Positions 1 through 7,490 are shown, counted from the stretch's first letter. The stretch is 64,000 bases of DNA from an uncultured virus (IMG/VR IMGVR_UViG_3300032321_001470) (IMGVR_UViG_3300032321_001470), one strand, 5' to 3'. Translations and numbers: made by a program. The notes: generated from the letters alone by a model not told the origin.

Positions 1-72
1 GAACCTAGGGTTAGTTAGTTAGTTATATTACGGACTGTCGGGATCGAACGAAGTGAGAGAGTCTCGATAGAC

Positions 73-108
73 CTCTCCCCTCACCGCGCTTGCTCGGTGA
101 GGGGAGAA
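73..108. terminator. GC-rich hairpin downstream of cassette gene A (putative terminator without a clear U-tract)
   Basis: TCTCCCCTCACCG...CGGTGAGGGGAGA inverted repeat; equivalent hairpins at ~597-632, ~1124-1158, ~1645-1680, ~2150-2186, ~2704-2739. Confidence 0.55.
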
Positions 109-160
109 GAGGAACCGCTCGCCTAGCAGCGACGAGCGGTTCGGAGAATCCAGACGGACG

Positions 161-403
161 CTACGCCTTCTGAATCGTCTCTAGATCAGCAGCCGCCTTG
201 GCGTACTGATCCTCAACGTTCCAGAGGACGCGTTGTGCTGTCTGAACGCTCGGATGCGAAGCAGGGCGGTTTCCCAAATAGGAAACACCCTGCTCAGCGA
301 TACGACGCGTCGCAGCAACAACATCCGCCTTCGCGCTTACAAGCAACGCGAGAGCATTGTCTCGGCGCTTGATCGCGACGGCAAGATTGTCATTCTTAGA
401 CAT
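161..403 (-). CDS. Cassette gene A, hypothetical helical protein (80 aa)
   Basis: ORF with AAAGGTAGGT RBS before the ATG at 403; fills the cassette slot. Confidence 0.8.
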   Translation of the reverse strand: MSKNDNLAVAIKRRDNALALLVSAKADVVAATRRIAEQGVSYLGNRPASHPSVQTAQRVLWNVEDQYAKAAADLETIQKA

Positions 404-456
404 CGTGAACACCTACCTTTCTGCGAGCACCGCTGCTATACGGGTGCCATCGCTCG

Positions 457-526
457 CAAGAAGAGAATGCCACGAGCAGCAGATTCATTTAGGTGCGCAT
501 GTTAAGCGCGGAGCGCTGACTAGAAC
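457..526 (-). promoter_or_regulatory. Cassette core element copy 1
   Basis: Minus strand CTAAAT-N17-CATTCT with TG extension; AGCGC-GGA-GCGCT hairpin at 505-517. Confidence 0.75.
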
Positions 527-660
527 CTAGGGTTAGTTAGTTAGTTATATTAGGGGTGTTTGGTCTCGAACGAAGTGAGAGAGACTAGGGATCTACCACC
601 CCCCTCACCGCATCGCTGCGGCAAGGGGGGTGATGACCGCCGAGAGATGGCGGTCAGGAT

Positions 661-933
661 CTAGAACGTGTGCTCGTCACCGTCCGTGTCGGTGAACCTA
701 TAGAGGCGGCGCTGATCCTCATCAGCAGCCGTGACGTCAACGTTCTCGTCCTGAATGTCGCACTCAGAAGAGAATTCGTCAGCGTGACCGTCCATGACCA
801 TCTGCTCGGCGATGTCCTTCGCATCAGCCGCTGTAGCCGCTGCTACAGGGATATAGAATTCAACGAGTCGTGCAACCACGACCACAAAAGGAAGCAACGA
901 GACCGGAGCTTCCTTCTTTTCTGTATCGTTCAT
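661..933 (-). CDS. Cassette gene B, small acidic hypothetical protein (90 aa)
   Basis: ORF with AGGAGG RBS; its V-A-A-T-A-A-D-A-K-D-I-A segment resembles DpnD/PcfM-type small phage proteins (weak). Confidence 0.8.
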   Translation of the reverse strand: MNDTEKKEAPVSLLPFVVVVARLVEFYIPVAAATAADAKDIAEQMVMDGHADEFSSECDIQDENVDVTAADEDQRRLYRFTDTDGDEHTF

Positions 934-980
934 AGAGCCTCCTATTTACTTCTACCACATGGGCGGCGTCTCTCTCGCCG

Positions 981-1050
981 CAAATGAATATTCTCACGAA
1001 CGTCGGATTCATTTAGGTTGGCTCGTTAGGCGCGGAGCGCCGAGTCGAAC
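981..1050 (-). promoter_or_regulatory. Cassette core element copy 2
   Basis: CTAAAT-N17-GAATAT; GGCGC-GGA-GCGCC hairpin at 1029-1041. Confidence 0.75.
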
Positions 1051-1163
1051 TTAGTTAGGACGTTAGTTATATTATGGGATCTCGAGTTAGAACTTGGCCA
1101 CAGAACGGGGTGCGACGAACTAACCCCCCTCCCACCGCGCGTCCGCGATGAGAGGGGGATGTT

Positions 1164-1460
1164 TTACGCGTCTACGCGTTCAATGATCCACGCGCCAGAA
1201 TCGTCCTGACGATTCGTGCGGCATTGGATCGGCGCGAGCGCATCGTTGATGATGCGCATGCCGCCCTGATCCAGACTATCGAGCCAGCCGTTCGGATTGG
1301 AATGACGGAGCGCCGTGATTGCGGCGGTGATCCGATCATTCACACGATCCTGAAGCTCGGTGAACTCGATGCTATTCTCCGTATCGGATAGCGACCTATC
1401 CTCTACGAACCAAACAATCCACTCGATTGGATTGTAGTGCTTGACGGTTGCGTCTACCAT
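1164..1460 (-). CDS. Cassette gene C, hypothetical protein (98 aa)
   Basis: ORF; GGAGG RBS precedes the ATG at 1460 (alternative start 1472). Confidence 0.8.
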   Translation of the reverse strand: MVDATVKHYNPIEWIVWFVEDRSLSDTENSIEFTELQDRVNDRITAAITALRHSNPNGWLDSLDQGGMRIINDALAPIQCRTNRQDDSGAWIIERVDA

Positions 1461-1504
1461 AACTACCTCCATACTGCTATACGATTATGCGGCGCGTCCG
1501 CCGC

Positions 1505-1574
1505 TGACCAGAGAGTGCCACACGCCAGAGTATTGTTTAGGTGGGCATGTTAGGCGCGGAGCGCCGCGTCGAAC
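1505..1574 (-). promoter_or_regulatory. Cassette core element copy 3
   Basis: CTAAAC-N17-CACTCT; GGCGC-GGA-GCGCC hairpin at 1553-1565. Confidence 0.75.
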
Positions 1575-1698
1575 TTAGTTACCCACTTACTTATATTACA
1601 TAGCTTCGAGATAGAACTCTGGCCTGTGTGTGGTAGCGAACGAACCACCCGCGAGCCGCATCGTTGCGACCCGCGGGTGGATTCTGTTGCGCTCGGGA

Positions 1699-1971
1699 CT
1701 AGTAGCGGTGGAGGTCCTCTGGACCGCCGAAGTGCTGGCACTTCCCTTTGAGGTACCCAGCCTTCATCGTGTTCTTGAACGTTGCGTATACGAGCATCAT
1801 GAACTTCTCACGATTGAGCGGTGAAAGATTCCACGCCGTTGCGCACTTGTGGGCTAGACCCAACGCTAGGTCTGCCGATGGATTCGTGAGGTCTATCGCG
1901 ATGTTGACGACCTCAGTAGCCTTGTGCTGAAACCAATCAGCGCTCTTGCGATTCCATGCCGTTGATGCCAT
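1699..1971 (-). CDS. Cassette gene D, hypothetical protein (90 aa)
   Basis: ORF with GGAAGG RBS; fills the cassette slot. Confidence 0.8.
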   Translation of the reverse strand: MASTAWNRKSADWFQHKATEVVNIAIDLTNPSADLALGLAHKCATAWNLSPLNREKFMMLVYATFKNTMKAGYLKGKCQHFGGPEDLHRY

Positions 1972-2008
1972 CTCATTACCTCCATACTATTGCGGTGCTG
2001 TTGCCCCG

Positions 2009-2078
2009 CACAGAGAGAATGCCACGAGCAGCAGATTCGTTTAGGTGGTGTTGTTAGACGCGGAGCGTCGCTTCGAAC
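2009..2078 (-). promoter_or_regulatory. Cassette core element copy 4
   Basis: CTAAAC-N17-CATTCT; GACGC-GGA-GCGTC hairpin at 2057-2069. Confidence 0.75.
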
Positions 2079-2195
2079 TTAGTTAGGTTGTTAGTTATAT
2101 TATAGGACTTCGATATCGAACCATGGCCATGGGGGGCGAGCCAACGAACCACCACCGCCCACCGCCGAAGCGGTGAACGATGGGGGTCGCGCGGA

Positions 2196-2519
2196 CTAGA
2201 CGACGCTACGGCGGACGCTCACGCCGATGAGCGTGCTCTCGTCAACGATCATCTGCCAGCGCAGGTAGGCGGGTAGATCCACCCACACACCCGTAGCGCG
2301 CAGAATCTTGGCAACGGGCGTGTATTCGCTCACGCGCCCAGCCTCATAGCCGCCGAGGCCCCACGAGAGCCGCGGAAGATCTTCCGTGCGCAGGTCTAGC
2401 GTGTACCACGCAGGAAGTTTCCCTTCCAACGATGGATACGTCAGCGTGAGAGAATCCACGCGGCAGTCGCGATAGCCGCCATAGACTACGGATACTACTG
2501 GTTCACCATACTCGCTCAT
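2196..2519 (-). CDS. Cassette gene E, hypothetical protein (107 aa)
   Basis: ORF with GGAGG RBS; fills the cassette slot. Confidence 0.8.
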   Translation of the reverse strand: MSEYGEPVVSVVYGGYRDCRVDSLTLTYPSLEGKLPAWYTLDLRTEDLPRLSWGLGGYEAGRVSEYTPVAKILRATGVWVDLPAYLRWQMIVDESTLIGVSVRRSVV

Positions 2520-2551
2520 AGACCCTCCAATAAACTACACGGCAAGTGCCG

Positions 2552-2621
2552 CACCAAGAGAATGCCACGGACGGGGTCAGTCATTATGTGGCCTCGATAG
2601 GCGCGGAGCGCCGTCTCGAAC
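2552..2621 (-). promoter_or_regulatory. Cassette core element copy 5
   Basis: CGTGG-CATTCT; GGCGC-GGA-GCGCC hairpin at 2600-2612; -35-like box diverged. Confidence 0.7.
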
Positions 2622-2746
2622 CAGTTAGGTTATTCGGGTTAGTTAGTTACTTATGTCGTGTGTGTGTGAGATCGAACGCGGCCGCAGGTGGGCGCGAACG
2701 AACCACCCGCCGCACCGCACGTCTGCGGTACAGCGGGTGAATCCGA

Positions 2747-3043
2747 CTAGCGCTGATTGCGCGTGACTGACCACGAGCGATGGGCGCGCTCAATGCGCTC
2801 GCGCTCTTGGCGTGCTGCTCGCCGCGCCCAGTAGACCCTATCCACAACAGGAACGATGACGAACTCCATGAGCGCGAAGAAAGCTGCCGTGGCAATGACG
2901 CCCATCGTGAGCGACATCACCGCGTAGGCGAACGCGTGCTGATCTAGCACGCTGAACGGCACGCTGCCGAAGATGAGAGCGGCAACGGTGCCTGCGCCTA
3001 CTGCGAAGATCGTTGCGCCGATTGCGTCTACTCGATCGTTCAT
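2747..3043 (-). CDS. Cassette gene F, small membrane protein (98 aa)
   Basis: GAAGGAG RBS; two hydrophobic segments followed by an Arg-rich tail. Confidence 0.8.
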   Translation of the reverse strand: MNDRVDAIGATIFAVGAGTVAALIFGSVPFSVLDQHAFAYAVMSLTMGVIATAAFFALMEFVIVPVVDRVYWARRAARQERERIERAHRSWSVTRNQR

Positions 3044-3100
3044 GATTGACTCCTTCTCGCATCGCGTCCGATGCGCCTATGGGCGGGAACGTCCCGCCGC

Positions 3101-3170
3101 TGAGGAGAGAGTGCCACGGGCGCGCCGTGTGTATCTGGTCGACTGATAGACCCGGAGGGTCGGGTCTAAC
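3101..3170 (-). promoter_or_regulatory. Cassette core element copy 6 (most diverged, right end of array)
   Basis: CGTGG-CACTCT; GACCC-GGA-GGGTC hairpin at 3149-3161; no TTAG repeats follow. Confidence 0.65.
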
Positions 3171-3296
3171 CCCTCTCGTGCGCCCTCGAGGCCCCCCCTC
3201 CCCCCTGCGCTAGGGACACCGGTAGTTTTTTCACAGTGTGGGCCCTGGCGGTTCGATAATCAGTCTCTCAGCGCCTTCCAAACCCCACAGAAAGGC

Positions 3297-3548
3297 CTAT
3301 TTGCGGCCCGTAGAGCCCTCTTTACCATCCAACCGCACCCGGAGCTCCCACGCAAGCTTGCAGACCGCTTCTAGCGGGTTTCTGCCCTTGGCGGTGATTC
3401 TGCGGCCCTTCTTGTCGTAGGCGACAGACATCCAGTCCCCATCCACAAACGCACGGTGGATTGCGGCAAGCATGTAGCCGTTCTGGTTGATCTCGCTCTC
3501 TGCCTCTTCGTGCGAGAGGGTGGCGTAGTCTAACCAGCGTGGGCTCAC
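3297..3548 (-). CDS. Hypothetical protein
   Basis: ORF coupled (GTGA overlap) to the upstream gene. Confidence 0.6.
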   Translation of the reverse strand: MSPRWLDYATLSHEEAESEINQNGYMLAAIHRAFVDGDWMSVAYDKKGRRITAKGRNPLEAVCKLAWELRVRLDGKEGSTGRK

Positions 3549-3853
3549 TTTGCACGGTCCTCGACAAGGTTCTTGATTGCTTCGCCGATGCTTGCGCCCG
3601 TTGCCCTACCAACCGTTACCCATGCGCCGCTTGGGGCAAGTGGCTCACCCTCTGGTCGGAGGTAATTCAGCATGGACAGCGGGGACATCTCTTCTTCGTT
3701 CCATCGGGATGATGCCGCAATCCACTCGGCCTGATCGTGGTTGTATTCAATTGACGACAGGCGCTCACCGCTCGGAAGCGTAGAGATGAGTTTCTTTAAG
3801 TTGCTGCTGATCTCGCTGGCAATAATGCCAAGATCTTTATTCTGCTCAACCAT
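3545..3853 (-). CDS. Hypothetical protein
   Basis: GGAGGG RBS before the ATG at 3853; tiles with neighbours. Confidence 0.65.
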   Translation of the reverse strand: MVEQNKDLGIIASEISSNLKKLISTLPSGERLSSIEYNHDQAEWIAASSRWNEEEMSPLSMLNYLRPEGEPLAPSGAWVTVGRATGASIGEAIKNLVEDRAK

Positions 3854-4649
3854 TTTTTCCCTCCAAGTCTTTAATATAATGGACTGCAAGCTTTGAGAAA
3901 TCCGCCTCATAGCCAAACGACCCGTAATGCGTCGTTTTTGCGTCGATCAGCACGTGGACGTCGACACCAGCGTTCCGCATATCTACGCAGAACCCGTAAT
4001 CTTCCCCCCACTGCTCTTTCGTCTCTTCGTTGGTCCAGAATCGGAAGAACTCCTTCAGGTCCTTTCCAAGGATGGTGTTCGTGTACCAGCGTTCCGGATA
4101 GGCGACGACAAATTTTTCGAGCGCCTTTCTGCTGATGACGATTGCGCCAGTACCGACGTGCGTGACTTTGAGGGTCATGTCTGGTTCTGGCTGCGTCTCC
4201 GAGTTGAGCGGGAGGAAGTTCATTCCGCCGATATAGGCAGGCAGGTTTGTGCCTGGGATCTCTGGGTACTTACGCAGGACCTCTGCGGCAAGCTCGAAAT
4301 TCGGCTGTCGCTTTGCGCATGGCAGGCCGACAATGTCCTTGCCGGTGACGATGGCGCGAAGGACGTCAATCCCTTGGAACTCGATGTCCGCATCAACCAT
4401 GAAGAGGTGCGTTGCGTCCGACTCAAGGAACTGCGCGCACACAATGTTGCGTGCGTCTGGTAGGACGGACGAGCCGTGGACAATCTTCCACTTAAACGGG
4501 ATATTTGCCTTGCCGCACTCTCGCTGTAGGGTCATCAGCCCCATGGTGTTGCGCGGGTGCATCTCGTGGGCGATTGGGCCACCAGCGTAGAGCGAAATCG
4601 GCGTCTGTTCCGGCTTTGCGTTCGGTGCGTACTTATTTGGCTTCGGCAT
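3846..4649 (-). CDS. GT-A fold glycosyltransferase-like protein
   Basis: ARN...THLFMVDADI (DxD), VGTGAIVISR and GEDYGFC motifs. Confidence 0.75.
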   Translation of the reverse strand: MPKPNKYAPNAKPEQTPISLYAGGPIAHEMHPRNTMGLMTLQRECGKANIPFKWKIVHGSSVLPDARNIVCAQFLESDATHLFMVDADIEFQGIDVLRAIVTGKDIVGLPCAKRQPNFELAAEVLRKYPEIPGTNLPAYIGGMNFLPLNSETQPEPDMTLKVTHVGTGAIVISRKALEKFVVAYPERWYTNTILGKDLKEFFRFWTNEETKEQWGEDYGFCVDMRNAGVDVHVLIDAKTTHYGSFGYEADFSKLAVHYIKDLEGKNG

Positions 4650-5343
4650 CGGTTGGTCCTTTCTTGGCCACAAAGAACGGCTCAAGATCTTGCGCCGTAA
4701 AATTGAGCGGGTTGTTTACCACGCCGTAGTTGTACAGGTCGTCGTCGGACGTGATCCACTTTGCCGCATCCTCAACATCCCACTTGCGCGTATTGACCTT
4801 ACGCTGGATCAGGTTTTCGTTCGGCTTCGTAGAGAACGATGGGTCATAGAGGTGGATACGGTTGTTTGGCTGAATGGCAAAGTTACCATCGTCGCGCAAA
4901 ATCATGTGACCGCACTTGTGCTGCCCTGGGTTCTGGCTATACCCGACATCCAGCGTGTTGTAGTCCGGAGCGCTCCAGTCCAGAGTGAACAGATACTTTC
5001 CGCCAATGTTGTTCTTGTGGCGATCAATGTACGAGACGCGCATGCCATCCAGCGCGTAAAACTTTGTCACGCTGATGTTGTGTGAAAATGAATTCCACAG
5101 CACAAGATCGTGGATGTCCACTTCTGGAACGCCTGGCTTTGCGCAGAAGGCACTAAGCGGGGCCCTCCACCAGATCCCACCATCTTCCATCATAAAGTGA
5201 AAGAGTGGGCTTCTTCCGGCAATAGAAGCGACGCCGAAGACGACAACTGGGAAGTATTTGTCGTGGCTGTCCTGCTGATCGCGCAAATAGTTGCCACGAA
5301 CGTAGCACTCAATCGATGGGATATTGGCGTTCAGTTCAGGCAT
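4633..5343 (-). CDS. Conserved phage protein of unknown function (LNANIP type)
   Basis: 236-aa ORF tiling the operon; LNANIP, YLFTLDW, HKCGH and GNFAIQPNNR motifs recalled from aquatic phages. Confidence 0.7.
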   Translation of the reverse strand: MPELNANIPSIECYVRGNYLRDQQDSHDKYFPVVVFGVASIAGRSPLFHFMMEDGGIWWRAPLSAFCAKPGVPEVDIHDLVLWNSFSHNISVTKFYALDGMRVSYIDRHKNNIGGKYLFTLDWSAPDYNTLDVGYSQNPGQHKCGHMILRDDGNFAIQPNNRIHLYDPSFSTKPNENLIQRKVNTRKWDVEDAAKWITSDDDLYNYGVVNNPLNFTAQDLEPFFVAKKGPTDAEAK

Positions 5344-5756
5344 TAGTCTCTCCTGTTAACGCTTCGGTCCACAGAGAACCCCTGCGGGTAGCGAATTCGT
5401 AGTTTCTTCTCGTTGGCAACTGCGACATCGCCAAGGTCTATCCCAGACACGGTGGCAATTTCGGCCACGTACCAGAGTATATCACCAAGCTCCTTGGTCA
5501 GATAGTCCTTGTCCACGGCGTGCCCGTGCCCAATAACCTTCTTGAGGTGGTCGATCAACTCGCCGGACTCACCCGCAAGCCCCATGGCTGCGATAGCGAT
5601 GCGTCCGTACTCTGGGGTGAGGTAGACCTCGCCGCGAGCAGTAATTGCCGCACCGCGCTGGTAATCAGAGAATCCCTGCACCCACGCCTTGTGGTCGCAG
5701 CAGTTGCCCTCAGAGCAACCGACACATCCGCAATTGCACTGTACTTCGCTAATCAT
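5343..5756 (-). CDS. mazG: MazG-like nucleoside triphosphate pyrophosphohydrolase with Cys-rich N-terminus
   Basis: GLAGESGELIDHLKK, KELGDILWY and NEKKLRIRYPQGF motifs. Confidence 0.88.
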   Translation of the reverse strand: MISEVQCNCGCVGCSEGNCCDHKAWVQGFSDYQRGAAITARGEVYLTPEYGRIAIAAMGLAGESGELIDHLKKVIGHGHAVDKDYLTKELGDILWYVAEIATVSGIDLGDVAVANEKKLRIRYPQGFSVDRSVNRRD

Positions 5757-6178
5757 TTCTTCTCCCTTTTTAGCGTCTTCGCTAACGCCTTGATTGGGTC
5801 CGGGTTAATGGGCCGAAGGAACTTCCTTTCGGCATCCTCGTCCTCTGACGGGGCGGAAATGAGGTTACCACGATTTGCGTAACCGTCCGCGATCTTCTTG
5901 TACTCGTCCAGCGTTGTCTTGCCCTCGTGCCAGCCGGAAATGAATCCGTCAAGCTTTGTAAGCAACACATCTGGATGCTGATAGCCCTGAATGACCGCAC
6001 GCACACCACCCGTGTACGTAATCACCCTAACAAGTTTCATGCCACCGTAGTCGCTCAGGGTTCGGAAGAATCCTGGCGCAGAAGCGTCTCTAAAGCCTTC
6101 GGGGAATCCCGCAAGGCGGTTAAGGAGATCAACCTTTCGATTGATCTCCATGACCACTAGGTCGTCGTGCTCGTACAT
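5753..6178 (-). CDS. Hypothetical protein
   Basis: Translationally coupled ORF. Confidence 0.65.
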   Translation of the reverse strand: MYEHDDLVVMEINRKVDLLNRLAGFPEGFRDASAPGFFRTLSDYGGMKLVRVITYTGGVRAVIQGYQHPDVLLTKLDGFISGWHEGKTTLDEYKKIADGYANRGNLISAPSEDEDAERKFLRPINPDPIKALAKTLKREKK

Positions 6179-6756
6179 CAGAACGGCAGGTCGCTGAGGC
6201 TGGCGGACTTATGTCCACAGCATGGCTTGTTCGGAATGAATTCCATCCCAAGTTTTTCGCGATCGGTCTTTACGAGTGCGTCAAGGCACTTCTGGCATGA
6301 GCACGCGCTGCACAGGTACGTCTTTCGCGCAAAAATTCTGTCCGTTTCCGCGGGGTCGCTCTTCAGAGAAGAACTCAGCGTCAGTAAGAGCGCTGCCTCC
6401 TTCGAAATGTAGTTATGCGACTTCGAGTAGTCGTCCCCCTCTAACGAGGAGTCAATGGCACGAACAGAGACGCGTCGCTGCTGGTCGAGCTTGGCGATGA
6501 TCTTCTCCAGAATCTTGATATGGTGCACAAGATCATCGATCTGGTAGCGAGCAGGCTTTCCCGACTCCGAAGTCCAGTAGGCAAGGTGCTCACAGCACTT
6601 GTCGCTGAGGCATCCGGCGCAGGCGCAGAGTTCGCACGCTGAAAGCGGCTCCTTCTTCACCTGTACTGGATAGGTGTCATCAACCATCTCGTCGTACTTC
6701 ATTACGGTAATAAACTCTCCGTCTGTCTGATCGACAACGGTCTTCTTCTTTGTCAT
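6178..6756 (-). CDS. Cys-rich hypothetical protein (two CxCxxC...CCxH clusters)
   Basis: Coupled ORF with Cys/His clusters. Confidence 0.7.
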   Translation of the reverse strand: MTKKKTVVDQTDGEFITVMKYDEMVDDTYPVQVKKEPLSACELCACAGCLSDKCCEHLAYWTSESGKPARYQIDDLVHHIKILEKIIAKLDQQRRVSVRAIDSSLEGDDYSKSHNYISKEAALLLTLSSSLKSDPAETDRIFARKTYLCSACSCQKCLDALVKTDREKLGMEFIPNKPCCGHKSASLSDLPF

Positions 6757-7130
6757 TACATCTCCTCTACATTCACTGTGGTTGCCTGAAAGGACGCGTA
6801 TACGGGCATCCCTGGCTTATAGAACGCACCTTCGACGTTATAGGAGACGTACTCGTCTGCCTCGCCGACATGGTCGCAATCCTCATGGGGGAGGCCGTTG
6901 TTGCACGCGCAGGTCCCCGAAAAGTCCTTAGCAAGACGCTCAACCATTTTGGTTCTGTCGTAGATTGCAACAACCAGTGGACCATCGCTCCCATGGAAGA
7001 TGTTCCCATGGCCAACCAGGCAGTCTTCCCAGCCGTCAGCGTAGATCACGCCTTCAATCTGCTCAATTGCAGGCTTATAGACCGTGGTCTCCATGATGGA
7101 GTCCACGATCTCATCGAGATTCTCTCTCAC
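6756..7130 (-). CDS. Conserved phage hypothetical protein
   Basis: ADGWEDCLVG...AIYDRTKM...EYVSYNVEGA pattern; coupled ORF. Confidence 0.7.
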   Translation of the reverse strand: MRENLDEIVDSIMETTVYKPAIEQIEGVIYADGWEDCLVGHGNIFHGSDGPLVVAIYDRTKMVERLAKDFSGTCACNNGLPHEDCDHVGEADEYVSYNVEGAFYKPGMPVYASFQATTVNVEEM

Positions 7131-7423
7131 TTGATTCTCCTTATCTTTCCGATGGAGTTCTCACTCATCGGGCTACTTACATGCCAGGCATCTAAGATCC
7201 AGGCCTTGTAGAACTGAGGGTAGTACATGGGGACGAACTTTGTCAAACGGAGTTGCTGGTAGCGGCGGTTGGGTAGCAAGCGTATGTGGTGTACAGCATC
7301 ACTAGCCGCTACCTCAATTTTCCCGCAAAAAATTTTTCCCGAGTGATCTGAATACAATGCAGAAAACGGGAGTATCTGGACAAGATCGTCTTTGATGGCG
7401 ATAACCATGCGATTCTGCTTCAT
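7127..7423 (-). CDS. Hypothetical protein
   Basis: ORF overlapping the next gene by 4 nt; start uncertain. Confidence 0.5.
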   Translation of the reverse strand: MKQNRMVIAIKDDLVQILPFSALYSDHSGKIFCGKIEVAASDAVHHIRLLPNRRYQQLRLTKFVPMYYPQFYKAWILDAWHVSSPMSENSIGKIRRIK

Positions 7424-7451
7424 CTTGGGCCCCCGCGCAGGTTTACTGGTT

Positions 7452-7490
7452 CCCGTACCCAAGAGCCACTAGGCAACTCTTGGGTACGGG
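7452..7490. terminator. 14-bp perfect hairpin (terminator or processing site)
   Basis: CCCGTACCCAAGAG-N11-CTCTTGGGTACGGG. Confidence 0.55.

Larger units (their letters stand above)
1..3170 (-). repeat. Tandem array of >=6 single-gene cassettes (~520 bp period) separated by a conserved structured intergenic element; probably continues beyond the left edge
   Basis: An ungapped 70-bp core recurs at 457, 981, 1505, 2009, 2552 and 3101. The right half of a further copy is at 1-108, and 1-30 is identical to 523-552. One unrelated minus-strand ORF lies between successive copies. Confidence 0.93.

Noticed and set aside
7..30. Telomere-like (TTAG)n repeat
   Set aside because: Only about three units, internal and degenerate in other copies; it is part of the cassette element.
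161..403. IAEQG...HPSVQ in cassette gene A resembles P27-type terminase small subunits
   Set aside because: The similarity is too short, and a better TerS candidate lies next to TerL.
492..505. GGTGCGCATGTTAA resembles fused XerC/XerD arms of dif
   Set aside because: There is no 11-6-11 architecture and the match is not conserved in the other copies.
501..2059. GTTRRRY matches (GTTAAGC, GTTAGGC twice, GTTAGAC) suggesting integron attC cassettes
   Set aside because: There is no RYYYAAC...GTTRRRY pair in attC order with a long imperfect palindrome, copies 5-6 read GAT, each unit has its own promoter-like motif, and no IntI is present in the window.
1..3170. CRISPR array
   Set aside because: The repeats are long and degenerate and the spacers are whole genes. 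No cas operon is present; the Cas4-like protein is in a recombination operon.
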